From: a plasmid
Sequence record: NZ_CP094333.1
Direction: 5' to 3' (one strand)
DNA: 64,000 nucleotides
Below, in pieces: positions 1 to 10,385 of this stretch (positions are counted from its first letter, which is position 1; each line of letters starts with the position of its first letter). The translations under genes were made by a program, and so were the position numbers. The notes beneath the pieces are model-generated. The model saw only the letters and a list, made by a program, of their open reading frames with translations, was not told the origin of the DNA and made no database searches.

Positions 1-700
1 CAGCCAGCGCCCGCATAAATTCCGGTGATACAGAGTCCCCTGCGTTAACGATGTAATGAATCAGAACACGCACCTGCTCGTCTGAAATTTCCACCATGAC
101 CTGCGGGAGTTTGTCCAGCAGCTCCATCATGTCACGATGGCGGATATGCTTCATCAGCAGCGTCAGTGCGGCCATCCGGCGATGGTTCATGATTTCATTG
201 TCATCAACGACAGTGATATCAACCAGCGGAAACGGCTTTGTGTATATTTTAGCCGCAAGCGCCGGATTCTCAAAACAGTCCAGCCAGTTCATGCTGTACG
301 GGTACGGGCTGCGCTCACCGTGATAGAACAGCACCGGAATGACCAGTGGCAACGTTTTGTGCTGCTCCAGATGTCTCTGCATCGCCGCCACACTGTAACG
401 TAACATGCGGAAAGGCATGTACAGATTTTCGGTGCTCTGGTGCTCGATGAGCGTATAAACATAGCCATCTTCACCCCCGGTGGTTTTCACACTCCAGAGG
501 ATATCGCTGGCGTACTGATGCAGGTCCGGCTCAACAAAGGTGGCGGGTTCCAGCTTCAGCGTGGACAGGTCGCACAACTGCCGGTACTCCGCCGGAAGAT
601 GCAGTTCCAGAAAATCTCTGGCGACGTCGGGATTCGCCAGGAACGACCGGAACGCGGCATCATGCGGCGTGGGCGTCGTGGTGGTTTTCTTCTTACTCAC
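1..700 (-). CDS. Rpn-family recombination-promoting nuclease (YhgA-like PDDEXK_7 transposase-like), 5' part present, 3' end beyond window
   Basis: Minus-strand translation starts GTG at 700 with AGGAGG SD and reads [55 protein letters not shown]..., the typical Rpn/YhgA N-terminus. The plus-strand ORFs at 96-715 are antisense artefacts. Confidence 0.7.
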   Translation of the reverse strand, partial: MSKKKTTTTPTPHDAAFRSFLANPDVARDFLELHLPAEYRQLCDLSTLKLEPATFVEPDLHQYASDILWSVKTTGGEDGYVYTLIEHQSTENLYMPFRMLRYSVAAMQRHLEQHKTLPLVIPVLFYHGERSPYPYSMNWLDCFENPALAAKIYTKPFPLVDITVVDDNEIMNHRRMAALTLLMKHIRHRDMMELLDKLPQVMVEISDEQVRVLIHYIVNAGDSVSPEFMRALA

Positions 701-764
701 GGTTCCTCCTGGTGAGATGTCTGAACGTATCCTGCCGCCTGCACAGGCAGACGGCAAGGGTTAA

Positions 765-1031
765 TCAGTGGCAGACCCGCTCAATTTCAAGCGCGCGGAG
801 CAGGTGGCCCCATTCGCTGACTTTCATAGCGGGGATACGCACCCGCTTCTGCTCACTGCAGCGTCTGGCGATATGGCCGCTCATCGCCAGGACGTCCGGG
901 TTAATCTCATCCTGTGCCAGCTCCTGACGTCTGAAGCGGGTATGGCGGTGCAGGGGTTTATTCTCCCGCAGGCACTCTTCACGCAGACGCTTTACATACT
1001 CGGCGGTTGCGAAGATAATTGATGGTCTCAT
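765..1031 (-). CDS. hypothetical small protein (88 aa)
   Basis: ORF with GGAG SD upstream. No recognisable motif. A competing plus-strand ORF 768-1022 covers the same DNA. Confidence 0.3.
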   Translation of the reverse strand: MRPSIIFATAEYVKRLREECLRENKPLHRHTRFRRQELAQDEINPDVLAMSGHIARRCSEQKRVRIPAMKVSEWGHLLRALEIERVCH

Positions 1032-1124
1032 GGCATAATCTCCATAGATAGTGATTGAGATGCCGGACTTCCTGGCGGGGAAGCGCCGGCGGAGAGAGGC
1101 AGGGTTTATCGCCCTGCCTTTTTT

Positions 1125-1559
1125 TCATTTCGGACAGCGACGCAGTGCCAGCGCGAGCGCTTTCATCTTCCAGCCTTCCGGCGTGCGGTACATCACCTTC
1201 CAGTAGCCGTCGATGAACACATAATGGAAGCGCACCTCTTCAGTGCTTTCAGTGGCAATAGCCTCCCTGAAAGAACGGTACTCACGCGCCTCACTGTCCA
1301 TCCGGAAACCACTGTCACGTCCGTAATAAGCCGTCACACCGTCCACCGGGTTCTGAAGCGTATGCCCGGCGGGTTTGTCGCAACGGGGACCGAGGCAACG
1401 GATATCACCGTGTTCAACCAGGGCTTCGGCCTGCTGACCGGTGGCATAGTGGGTATGCAGGATGCGACCGTTCCAGGTCGGCTCCCCGTGCAGGTGGCAG
1501 TAAACGGTACGGAACACCCCGTCGCGGCAAAAAACGGAAATCGTGCTGCTGACTGTCAT
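1125..1559 (-). CDS. leading-region hypothetical protein (144 aa) directly downstream of an ssi-like repeat
   Basis: Clean ORF. Positioned like ardA, klcA and ssb, immediately 3' of a long non-coding repeat (family 1 copy A). No family recognised with confidence. Confidence 0.5.
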   Translation of the reverse strand: MTVSSTISVFCRDGVFRTVYCHLHGEPTWNGRILHTHYATGQQAEALVEHGDIRCLGPRCDKPAGHTLQNPVDGVTAYYGRDSGFRMDSEAREYRSFREAIATESTEEVRFHYVFIDGYWKVMYRTPEGWKMKALALALRRCPK

Positions 1560-1579
1560 GAAAACGTCTCCTTCTGCTG

Positions 1580-2265
1580 AATCAGGTCGCCGGGCCGACC
1601 GGTTGCTCCCCGGAGGGGCGAAAGCCCCTTCTGCCGTCCACTTCTTCGGGGTTTCTCCCCGCAGTGGACCTTTCCGATGGGGCGTCCGTCACCACGTCAC
1701 GGGGCAGCTGTCCGGGGGCGGACGCAAAATTTTTTGCCGGGTTTATGGCTAAAAATTTTGTGGACGGTATATCTTCCCCTGGACTGCTGAAACGGGATGT
1801 GGTTACTCCAGCCCCCGGAAAGTCCACAGCGGGAAACAGGCCGCAGGGGTGGCGGCGGAAGGGTTGACTGCGCCATCAGGCGCAGTGGCCTTACACACCG
1901 TCAGGTGTGCAGGGAGCGCCGTTTCCGGCGCGACAGGGGCGGCGCGACCGGAACGGTCGCTGCAAGCCTGGTTTTTCAGACATCGGACCGTAGCGGCAGC
2001 CCGAAACCGCGCCAGCGGGTTCGGCGGAGACTGGCGGGTGCGCCAGCAGCTGCCTGTCGGAGTCGGGCCTGACGACCGGATGCCGCCAGGCAGCCGGGAG
2101 CCGAAGGTGTCCCCGCCTCCGGAAATCAGAACAACAGAAACGACATAACAGAAAAATGCCTCACACCATGACGGGCAGGAAGGGCAGCGCCGCAGGCGCG
2201 GCCCTCCTGCATTTCAGGCAGGCGTAAGCCTGCCAGGGTTTTCCGGCGGCCTGGCAGGCCATACC
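1580..2265. repeat. leading-region non-coding repeat family 1, copy A (candidate ssDNA promoter/ssi-Frpo-like element)
   Basis: About 90% identical to 13325-13823 and, for its 3' end, to 16250-16345. For example ccgcagtggacctttccgatgggg occurs at about 1655 and about 13365. No conserved ORF; the track ORFs differ between copies. Confidence 0.6.
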
Positions 2266-2287
2266 CCCGCCGGAGCGGGGGAGTAAA

Positions 2288-2788
2288 TCACCGACGGAAC
2301 ACATGACCGTCAATAAAGGTGAAGGAGTCCAGGAATAAATCCCGCGCATACGCCTCATAGTCAAAATAGAGCGCCACCGTCTCCGGCACGTCAGCCAGCA
2401 GGCCGGTATCACTGGCGAACTCAACCGCAAAAGCCTCCTCACTGTCAGCCTCGCCCCACCAGGCATCGCGGAAGGTGTCAAAATCCGTCTCACCGGTATC
2501 CTCCACCCAGAGACGATAAGCCTCTTCGCAGCCTTCATCCCGTGCCAGGCGGAAGCCTTCAACCCAGGCCCAGTTGATATGGCATTCAGAGGCCATATTC
2601 CCCGGGAATCCCTCATAATCCTGAAACATCAGTTCAGGATCGGCTTCATCCTGGTGAAGAGCACGGCAGGCGGCGAAAAAGTCGCGCTCATCATCAAACG
2701 TGGTCAGGTCAAACCAGCGTCCGGCGATGCTTCCACAGTTGTATTTGTGCCAGGTTCCAACGTATACAGCAGGTGCAACAACAGACAT
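2288..2788 (-). CDS. ardA: antirestriction protein ArdA (166 aa)
   Basis: [33 protein letters not shown]...FIDGHVFRR is near-identical to ColIb-P9 ArdA. A GGAGG SD lies 8 nt upstream of the ATG at 2788. The longer track ORF (to 3178) runs into the repeat. Confidence 0.9.
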   Translation of the reverse strand: MSVVAPAVYVGTWHKYNCGSIAGRWFDLTTFDDERDFFAACRALHQDEADPELMFQDYEGFPGNMASECHINWAWVEGFRLARDEGCEEAYRLWVEDTGETDFDTFRDAWWGEADSEEAFAVEFASDTGLLADVPETVALYFDYEAYARDLFLDSFTFIDGHVFRR

Positions 2789-2809
2789 TCCCGAATCCTC
2801 CATAGTCAC

Positions 2810-3145
2810 ATGTTCTGCGACACCGGGCGGTGCCGTGCCTCCATAAAAGCCGGGCGATAAGGCGGGGATGCAGGGGCGCAAGGGAAGCCGCAGCCTGACG
2901 CACACGGCTGACGGGAGTTGCAGGGTGAGGCCGCGAAACCTGAGCGGACGAACGACCGGAAAATCACGGCAGACGGGAAGGAGGGACCGGGTGACCGCAG
3001 CGGCGAAGCGTACCCTTGCATCCCTGCCAGCCCGGCTAAGATGGAGGCACGGCACAGCCCGCACACGACGCTGAGGCCACAGAGCTGAAACCCCACAAGG
3101 CCATGCCCCGCATGGCCGGGTAAAAGCGGAGCCGCCGGCGACTTC
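2810..3145. repeat. leading-region non-coding repeat family 2, copy A (directly 5' of ardA)
   Basis: About 95% identical to 17462-17800 (ccataaaagccgggcga..ggcggggatgcaggggcgcaagggaagccgcagcctgacgcacacggctg...). It abuts the ardA start. Confidence 0.6.
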
Positions 3146-3387
3146 CTTATTCCGGCGAGTGCAGAGGACACGCCGCATGACCTCCAGACCACCCCTGATA
3201 TGAAACGATCATGATCGGCGTGTCCCTGCGTAAAATATACATGCCTGGTTCACCGGAGAATATCTGTGATATCCACAAGTTTTCTGTCGCGCAGCCAGTC
3301 CTGCGCTTCACGCACCACACAACTGTCCGGTTTCACCGCTTTCAGCGATGATGCCAGTCGCTTGATCAACATCACCAGTTCCCGTGT

Positions 3388-3879
3388 CTATATGTCCGGC
3401 ATTGTCTCCGGCGGAGCAGGGGGACTCTCATTTCCGACGCTCATCCCATGCGCTTCCAGTGTGGCACGGACAAACCAGGCGGCATCGACCAGTTGCTGTC
3501 CAATCCAGGCCAGATCGGCATTTCTGTCACGGGCTGCCATTCGCTCGCCCGACAGCGCCTTGCTGATATGGCTGCGCACCAGATTATCCAGGAGTGCCTG
3601 CGCTTCTTCCGGTGAAAAGCCACCTGGTATCTCTGTGCGCAACAGCCCTTTCCTGTACAGAAGCTGCAGCAGATCAACCTGCGACCGCACAGCAACTATC
3701 AGTACATAACGGACAACATTCGCACTGGCAGTGGTTTCTGTATCATTCAGCAGTTCTTCCGGATCGTTCCCCCCGGTGTTGCAGAGCAACGGCAACAGAG
3801 GTCGCATCCACGCGGGAACCTGGTATTTTTCGTCTGATTTCATCATATTACGTTCTCCAGCTTGTTCGGGATCATCCAC
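3388..3879 (-). CDS. hypothetical leading-region protein (about 150-163 aa)
   Basis: ORF between ardA and psiA. The start may be the internal MMKSDEKYQ. No motif recognised. Confidence 0.45.
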   Translation of the reverse strand: MDDPEQAGERNMMKSDEKYQVPAWMRPLLPLLCNTGGNDPEELLNDTETTASANVVRYVLIVAVRSQVDLLQLLYRKGLLRTEIPGGFSPEEAQALLDNLVRSHISKALSGERMAARDRNADLAWIGQQLVDAAWFVRATLEAHGMSVGNESPPAPPETMPDI

Positions 3880-4562
3880 TGCTCAAGTGCACGTACCTGT
3901 ACCGGTGCACCACGACCGGCCTCACCGGCTTCAAAAATCAGCCGCCAGAGTGGTTCCTCCTGCCAGAAAAACCGGTCAAATGATGACAGTGATGGAAAAC
4001 GCCCGCACCACCCCCAGAAAATCGTTTCCAGATCATGCTCCTCAACAACACCAGACCAGCGGGACAACCAGCTTCCGACCGTGGCGGGAGTATGAAACGC
4101 AAGGTCAATCTGCGCCTGAGCAAAACATGTCTGGTATTCCAGTTCCCGTCGTTCTGCCTCACGTTCCCGCTGGCGGCTGTATTTCTGCTCTGTCAGCGTG
4201 GTTTTCTGACGACGACGCTCACCTTCACGAAAAGGCACGGACGGGAACAGACGGTGCCCCGCATCGGATGGCAGGGGAAGAACACAGACTTCCCCAAAAC
4301 TTTCAATCAGTTTATCCACGGCAGCCAGCCACAGGAGACGGTTGCCATGAAATTCCTCCTTCGTCAGCGCAGGGGCAAAAAAGCGGAGATCGGTCAGCGA
4401 AATCCGGCGACTGCCATTCAGGCAGCGAAAGAAAGCGGTGGCATAAGGCCATGCTGAAAGTGTGCGTCCCTGACGACGACGTTGTTCTGTGACAGCCACC
4501 GCCTGCATGGCGGCCTGTTGTTCTGCGCTGAGGGGGATCAGTGCCCGTGAACGTGCGCTCAT
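3843..4562 (-). CDS. psiA: plasmid SOS inhibition protein PsiA
   Basis: 239 aa, located downstream of psiB, with PsiA-like sequence (…[53 protein letters not shown]…). Confidence 0.85.
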   Translation of the reverse strand: MSARSRALIPLSAEQQAAMQAVAVTEQRRRQGRTLSAWPYATAFFRCLNGSRRISLTDLRFFAPALTKEEFHGNRLLWLAAVDKLIESFGEVCVLPLPSDAGHRLFPSVPFREGERRRQKTTLTEQKYSRQREREAERRELEYQTCFAQAQIDLAFHTPATVGSWLSRWSGVVEEHDLETIFWGWCGRFPSLSSFDRFFWQEEPLWRLIFEAGEAGRGAPVQVRALEQWMIPNKLENVI

Positions 4563-4996
4563 GCCTGACCTCCTTCTGCCATCAGGATATGGATGATGTC
4601 GTTAACACTGTATCCCTGCGCATCCAGTGTCGCGGCAAGCGCCAGCGTGTGACTGATCGCGGCAGGCGTGAAGATATGTTGCACCTGAACGACGGCGAAA
4701 GGCTGTCCACCACCATTCACCAGAACCAGCATCCAGAGCTGAGAGACGTCTCCCGGCGAACATAATGCCAGGTGGAAACGTTCGTGGGCTGGCGTGAAAC
4801 GAACCTGGACGGGGAAAAAGCCCCCGAACTCGCTGCCATACTCTCCGTTCATCATCCAGTTAGCCGGTGCGTCCACTTTACGCATCACCTCGTGAGTGAG
4901 ATTACGGCGCATATCGCTTCCCGCAGCACGGATTTCTTCATATTCCTGGGCATTCATGGACTGCAGGGCATTCAGTGTCAGTTCGGTATTCATCAT
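4559..4996 (-). CDS. psiB: plasmid SOS inhibition protein PsiB
   Basis: 145 aa: [28 protein letters not shown]...[36 protein letters not shown]...[16 protein letters not shown] matches PsiB. Confidence 0.9.
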   Translation of the reverse strand: MMNTELTLNALQSMNAQEYEEIRAAGSDMRRNLTHEVMRKVDAPANWMMNGEYGSEFGGFFPVQVRFTPAHERFHLALCSPGDVSQLWMLVLVNGGGQPFAVVQVQHIFTPAAISHTLALAATLDAQGYSVNDIIHILMAEGGQA

Positions 4997-5047
4997 CGTA
5001 TTTCTCCCTCTGCCGCCCCGTCTCCGGCGGGGCGGTGTGGTTGTTCA

Positions 5048-7012
5048 TCAGGCGGCATCAGCCAGGTTATCGGCGCGTTCAGTGGCATCCGTCTGTGGAC
5101 GTGGTGAACACATCCAGCCAGGCACCCAGCGGTTGTCTTTCATATGGAACTCTGCATGTTCAGCGGCATCGCCTTTCTTCATCTTCTCTGCGTCCCGTGC
5201 GGCACCGGACAGTCCGGCATCATTCAGGGCTGCGATAATCTGCGGCTTTTTCAGGTGTCCGAAGAAGTTTGCTTTCGTCGGCTGCCACCAGTCGCGCATG
5301 TGAAAACCGATGGCGCTCTCCAGTGAGTCAAGCGGACTGCGTGACGTGCGACCACACTCGCGGGTCTGGACACCGTTAAGGCTGCATGCGGTGCAGAAAC
5401 TGAGCAGGGATAACAGCACCTCCTGACTGAGTGACAGGAACGTCGTCATGTCCCGTGACCATCCCTCCGGTAACAGGGCCGCAAGACGGGCTTTTTCTGC
5501 CATCAGCGCCAGGAATGCGGCACCTTCCTTCCCTGACGGCGCATCGCTGGTCAGCGAATAATGTTTACATTCCAGGCTGATTTGTGCTGGTTTACTGTAC
5601 GCTCCGCTGTCAAACACATTCAGGCAGAGCGTCCATGCCAGCAGTGCCAGAGATTTGTCCGGTTGCTGCATCAGTGCTGCCTGGACTGCCAGCGTGCGTT
5701 CGGAAGACATTTTCGTCAGCAACGGCAGACTGATTTCCTCCACTGACGCTTTCTCCTGCACCTGTTCCGTGCGGTCAGCGTCATCAGTCGCGTCATCTTC
5801 ACTGCGCAACTGCACACCACGCTGGACACACACATTACCGTAACGCCAGGACACCACCACGCCACTTCCGGCACGCATCTCCGGCGTCCACGCCCTGACC
5901 TTCGCCATGCAGCGCATCAGCTTCATTTCTGCTTCCAGCAGGTCGGATTCCTCACACTGGTTTTCCAGCGCGTCGTAACGCGTCATCAGTTCGTTCAGGC
6001 GTTCTTCTTCTGCCTCCGTCAGCACCGCTTCCGGCTCCGGCAGACAGCGGTATGTTCCGGCATCCTCACGGCACTCACCGACAGGCTCCATGCGTCCGGC
6101 GCACCATTCCCAGCCTTCGGCTTCCCGAAGGTGTTCAGCGACAGCCTGGAGTTTTTCCAGCAGGGCAGCATCGAGCGCCACGCGGTCGACATAACCGTCC
6201 CCGTCATCGCTGAACAAATCAGTACGCAGTTCGTCAGGTGAGAAAGCATCAGCCCCCACGAAGCGGAATTTACTGTTACCTGCCACCGCCACTTCACTTT
6301 CGGTCACCAGACGACGAATGGTCTGTACTTCCGGTTTACCGCCCCATCCCGACTGGCAGGCGGCTTCAAACACCTGCACCTGACGCGCGGTGTCGTTCTC
6401 CAGCGCCAGCGCCTGACAGTGCTCTGTGGTGATGCGGTCTTCTGCCAGCGCATCGAGGATGACAGGCGCAAGGTCTGCCAGTTTCAGCATTCGCTGAACG
6501 TGGCGGGGCGAATAGCCCAGCAAATCACCGATTTGTGCAGGCGTTTTGCCTTCCTGCGCCATCGCACGGAATCCGGCAATCTGTTCGGCAGGGTGCATAT
6601 CCCGACGATGACCGTTTTCAGTCATTGATGCAGCCGTCGCCAGCTCCTGCGGAATAACCTTCACGCGTACAGGCCAGTCAGCCGGAATGATGCCACGCTC
6701 TGCCAGCATGTTGAGTGCAGCCAGTCGGCGACCACCTGCGGCGACACCGTAACGGTCACCAGGCAGGGTATGCACGACCAGATTCTGCAGCAGTCCGACG
6801 CCCTTAATGGACTCCGCCAGTTCGCTGACGGACTCCGCAGAATACGGCACCGTGCGCACATTCAGCGGTGATTTAATCAGCGAGGCCAGCGGCACGCTCA
6901 CTTCCTCCGTCTGCGCCAGCAGGGCAGACAGGACAGTTTCCTGCGTTTTTACAGATTTACGGCTTGCTTTGCGGGTGGTTTCTGGTTCACACTTCGTTAC
7001 AGGCATAATCAT
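5048..7012 (-). CDS. ParB-like nuclease domain protein of plasmid leading regions (654 aa)
   Basis: The N-terminal ParB/Spo0J nuclease motif (…VPLASLIKSPLNVRTVPYSAESVSELAESIKGVGLLQNLVVH…GRRRLAALNMLAE…) and the roughly 650-aa size are typical of the F/ColIb leading-region ParB-like protein. Confidence 0.85.
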   Translation of the reverse strand: MIMPVTKCEPETTRKASRKSVKTQETVLSALLAQTEEVSVPLASLIKSPLNVRTVPYSAESVSELAESIKGVGLLQNLVVHTLPGDRYGVAAGGRRLAALNMLAERGIIPADWPVRVKVIPQELATAASMTENGHRRDMHPAEQIAGFRAMAQEGKTPAQIGDLLGYSPRHVQRMLKLADLAPVILDALAEDRITTEHCQALALENDTARQVQVFEAACQSGWGGKPEVQTIRRLVTESEVAVAGNSKFRFVGADAFSPDELRTDLFSDDGDGYVDRVALDAALLEKLQAVAEHLREAEGWEWCAGRMEPVGECREDAGTYRCLPEPEAVLTEAEEERLNELMTRYDALENQCEESDLLEAEMKLMRCMAKVRAWTPEMRAGSGVVVSWRYGNVCVQRGVQLRSEDDATDDADRTEQVQEKASVEEISLPLLTKMSSERTLAVQAALMQQPDKSLALLAWTLCLNVFDSGAYSKPAQISLECKHYSLTSDAPSGKEGAAFLALMAEKARLAALLPEGWSRDMTTFLSLSQEVLLSLLSFCTACSLNGVQTRECGRTSRSPLDSLESAIGFHMRDWWQPTKANFFGHLKKPQIIAALNDAGLSGAARDAEKMKKGDAAEHAEFHMKDNRWVPGWMCSPRPQTDATERADNLADAA

Positions 7013-7064
7013 CCCCTTATAATTGCTTATGTCCTGCCGGACGTTCGCGCGTCCGGCACCTCTC

Positions 7065-7325
7065 TTACTTAAGAATCCCGAAATCCCTGATGTACTGGTT
7101 CATCCAGTACCCGGCACAGTCCTCAAAATTCCAGGAGCGCCAGATCAACGTGCCATCCTGACGGACAACCAGGCGAAAATGCGTTCCCTGATCATCCTCG
7201 ATAAAGACGTTCCGGTACTGTGCGGCAACGGCTTCCGCCTGTTCGCGGGTAAAGGAGCCGTCCGGCAGTCCCTGAAGTATTCTGAAATATTCGCTCATCC
7301 TCATATCTCCGGTGATGCCCCGCAC
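7065..7325 (-). CDS. hypothetical leading-region protein (86 aa)
   Basis: ORF between ssb and the ParB-like gene. No motif recognised. Confidence 0.45.
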   Translation of the reverse strand: MRGITGDMRMSEYFRILQGLPDGSFTREQAEAVAAQYRNVFIEDDQGTHFRLVVRQDGTLIWRSWNFEDCAGYWMNQYIRDFGILK

Positions 7326-7355
7326 AGGGCGGGGCGGTTGTCACAGTCAGCCCGA

Positions 7356-7844
7356 TCAGAACGGGATGTCGTCTGAAAACCCGTAATCCTCCCCCTCCGG
7401 CGGTTGCGGCTGAGGCTCTGGCTGCGCGGCCTTACGTCCACGGCCTTTCGTTTTCGCGCCACCTTTTTTCGTCGCGTCAGCACTCTGTGGCTGCCCATTC
7501 TGCTGAGGCTTCGGTTGCGCCTGAGCGTTCTGCTGTGGTGCACGTCCCAGCATCTGCACGGTGCCCGTGGTCTTAACAAGAATTTCAGTGACGTAACGGG
7601 TGATACCGTTATCTTCCCAGCTACGGGTGCGAAGCTGACCTTCGATGTAGACCTGCGCACCCTTGCACAGATATTCACCTGCCACTTCCGCGAGCTTGCC
7701 GAACAGCACCACGCGGTGCCATTCCGTCTGCTCCCGCATCTCCCCCGTCTGTTTGTCACGCCAGCTTTCTGATGTGGCCACCTGCAGGTTTGCCACTGCG
7801 CCCCCGTTGGGGATGTAACGGACTTCCGGATCATTGCCCAGACG
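7356..7844 (-). CDS. ssb: single-stranded DNA-binding protein SSB, exon 2 (codons 14-end)
   Basis: Minus-strand translation [58 protein letters not shown]...GFSDDIPF is F-plasmid-type SSB from residue 14 on. Upstream of codon R14 the frame diverges into intron sequence ending ...ccctac. Confidence 0.85.
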   Translation of the reverse strand, partial: RLGNDPEVRYIPNGGAVANLQVATSESWRDKQTGEMREQTEWHRVVLFGKLAEVAGEYLCKGAQVYIEGQLRTRSWEDNGITRYVTEILVKTTGTVQMLGRAPQQNAQAQPKPQQNGQPQSADATKKGGAKTKGRGRKAAQPEPQPQPPEGEDYGFSDDIPF

Positions 7845-7990
7845 GTAGGGTAGGGTACGTGTGGTCTTTCAAGATAAATGGCGAATATGTCCTGCTTATC
7901 TTGAGTTAGATCACCGTTACCCCCCCTCCGAACCGTACGTGCACCTTTCAATGCATACGGCTCTCCATTGCTAGCTTATTGGGGATAAAC

Positions 7991-9892
7991 TCATTTAGCA
8001 GAATCCCCACTTGAGACAGGTGGTTGCAGGAGTATTCTTCCCTTTTCCTGTCTCAGATCGGGTAGTTTTCCGCTATGTAACTTGTCGTGGCAACTTGCGC
8101 ACAAAATCATCGTTTTCCGGCGGCGTGCGATCATCATTAGTTGCCACAGGCTGGGTTTATATCCGGCCTTACGACCTTTCTTCAGGTCTTTTAGCTTTCT
8201 GACATGATGTACTTCGCAGCGCCCAGTCTTCGCACAATACTCGCAGATCCTTGCCCCTAATCGACGCATGATCTCTGTTGTGCGGGTTGTGATATGTGCG
8301 GTTCTCGGTTCCGTATCGACAATCGTTGTTCGGTTGCGATTGACATGTTTGAGTTTGAAAACCTCAATCTTTCGGGATCCATTTTTGGCCTGAACGGTAA
8401 TAGCCAGATCTCCATTATTTTGCCGTAGCGATTTGGCGACTTTATTCACTGAACTACGTCGTTTATTCGCTAGGGTCTTAAAAAGGCTTATTTGCCATAT
8501 GAAATATAATTTTGATAATTTATATTTCATGTCCAGCGCCAGACTGTAGTAGTTCGCCAATCCGCGCATTTCCGCGTTGAAAGTCAGAACAATTTCAGCT
8601 TCACTGAGATTTTGTAGACTTGAACGATGTACAGCCTTCACATTCTCATAACAGCCATATTTCTTTTGGTGACAAAATTTAGCGGCTATATTGTCAGGAA
8701 CGAAGAGCTGCACAATTCCTGTGGTGGATCTCCGGAGAGCGTGCCGCCCTTGCATTTTCTGCTTCAGCAATTTCTTTGCATCTGCCTGTCTGATTTCATA
8801 GCCTAAAAAATTAACTCCTTCTGAGATATGGCGGATCCTGGTCTTTGCTTCATTAACTTCCAATCCCAGTGAAGTAGTAATAAAGTTTCTGACCTGTCTT
8901 GATATATGTTCAGCATCTTTCTTCGAGCCGATGACACCAATTACGAAGTCATCAGCATATCGAACATAGTACATACGCCTGAAGTTTGGATCGTTCATGA
9001 CCTGAGATGGTATAGAACGTTTTTCTTCAAGCAGTCGTTCAATTTCTTTCTTTATGGCTTCTTTTTCTGATTCAGAATCAGTTGCCATACCGTCTACTTT
9101 CTTTCGTAGTTTATGAATCTTATGGGCCAGCCTGTTCATATCTGGATTCGCTCTTCGTTTTGTACCGCTTGTATATGCAGGAATTAAGTTCTGTTCTACA
9201 AAACGGTCCAGTTTGTCGAGGTATATATTTGCCAGTAAGGGAGAAATTATCCCACCTTGTGGCGTGCCAGAATATGAGCGATGGTATTTCCAATTGTCCA
9301 CATATCCTGCCTTCAGCCACTGTTCGATTAATTTCAGGAAATTCTTATCCTTAATTTTCTCTGCCAGTGTATTCAGCAATAGTTTGTGGGGGATATTGTC
9401 AAAGAAACCTTTGATATCAACATCCACGATCCATTTAACTCCGTTCCAGACTGGACGAATAGATCTGAGCGCAGTTTCACACGAACGTTTTGGTCTGAAT
9501 CCATGAGAGTGTTCAGAGAATACTGGTTCATAAACCCTTTCCAGAATAATTCTTGCTACTTCTTGCGCCAGTTTATCGTCTCCACCTGGAATCCCCAGCG
9601 GTCTGGTTTTTCCGTCCTTTTTTGGGATCTGAACTCTGCGTACAGGTTTCGCTACGTATTCTCTACTCCGCAATGTTTTTGCCAGCTTCTCTGCTCTTTC
9701 GATAGAGAAGCCATCAATGGTATCTGTTGATACACCTTGAGTCAGTGCACCTGCATTGGCCCGTATATTCACGTAGGCTTGCAGCCACAGTCCGGGCTCA
9801 CACGCAATTTTGTATAGATTACGTACTGGATACCCTTTTTTTGAAGCATCCTCAATTCCATCTAATCTTTTCTCAAGTTCATCAGGCAGCAT
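7991..9892 (-). CDS. group II intron-encoded protein (reverse transcriptase/maturase/HNH endonuclease, 633 aa)
   Basis: RT motifs (…RPLGIPGGDDKLAQEV…, YVRYADDFVIGV), a maturase X region, and a C-terminal Zn-finger/HNH region (CEYCAKTGRCEVHHVRKLKDLKK…CASCHDKLHSG). Confidence 0.9.
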   Translation of the reverse strand: MLPDELEKRLDGIEDASKKGYPVRNLYKIACEPGLWLQAYVNIRANAGALTQGVSTDTIDGFSIERAEKLAKTLRSREYVAKPVRRVQIPKKDGKTRPLGIPGGDDKLAQEVARIILERVYEPVFSEHSHGFRPKRSCETALRSIRPVWNGVKWIVDVDIKGFFDNIPHKLLLNTLAEKIKDKNFLKLIEQWLKAGYVDNWKYHRSYSGTPQGGIISPLLANIYLDKLDRFVEQNLIPAYTSGTKRRANPDMNRLAHKIHKLRKKVDGMATDSESEKEAIKKEIERLLEEKRSIPSQVMNDPNFRRMYYVRYADDFVIGVIGSKKDAEHISRQVRNFITTSLGLEVNEAKTRIRHISEGVNFLGYEIRQADAKKLLKQKMQGRHALRRSTTGIVQLFVPDNIAAKFCHQKKYGCYENVKAVHRSSLQNLSEAEIVLTFNAEMRGLANYYSLALDMKYKLSKLYFIWQISLFKTLANKRRSSVNKVAKSLRQNNGDLAITVQAKNGSRKIEVFKLKHVNRNRTTIVDTEPRTAHITTRTTEIMRRLGARICEYCAKTGRCEVHHVRKLKDLKKGRKAGYKPSLWQLMMIARRRKTMILCASCHDKLHSGKLPDLRQEKGRILLQPPVSSGDSAK

Positions 9893-10385
9893 TGGCTAAC
9901 CCTCCTCTTAGAGATTGATGTATCTAACAACTGTCTCCCTTCCCCGCAGCACTGTGAGGCTTTCATCTCCCTTCCGGTTGATTTATACCTTTGCTGCTTC
10001 CGTATAATGCGGACTGCCGTAGCCCATTACAGGCCGACCTTGAGTACTATGGAGACTCCGCTACCATGCTGGGTATAAATCCAGTTTAGGTAGTCCCGTA
10101 GTTTCACGGTGTGGAGATGCGATGTACTTAGGATGTCTTTCGATCGTTTAACTATTTCATCAATAGCTGGCCCGTTAGAGTGGTCACAATCAACGTAGGG
10201 CGGATTTCTTGTGCTATTACGGGAATAACGCTTCAATCGTTCTGCGTTATTGGTTTCCTGTTTCCCACATAGATCTCGACTTCAACAAACCCAGTTTATC
10301 CATATACATCTTGCATTGAGTGGTGATACTTAGTAACCGGCTCATTTAAACCGTCTGGTCTGTTTCCTCCGGCTCTACAAAAATA

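Noticed and set aside
96-715. Plus-strand ORFs 96-323, 137-403 and 440-715
   Set aside because: They are antisense to the Rpn-family gene, whose minus-strand frame gives a well-conserved protein.
2806-3192. Track ORFs 2806-3192, 2868-3074, 17411-17857, 17464-17754, 17526-17732, 1582-1867 and 13162-13844, which would encode Ala/Arg/Gly-rich proteins
   Set aside because: They lie entirely inside the two non-coding repeat families. The reading frames are not conserved between repeat copies, and they reflect the GC-rich composition, so they were not called as genes.
10250-10340. Expectation of an 8-bp target-site duplication flanking the IS66-family element and of canonical GTAAGCG IS66 termini
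   Set aside because: No clean TSD could be identified (atacatct versus atggctat). The ends are imperfect IRs, so boundaries are reported as approximate rather than exact.
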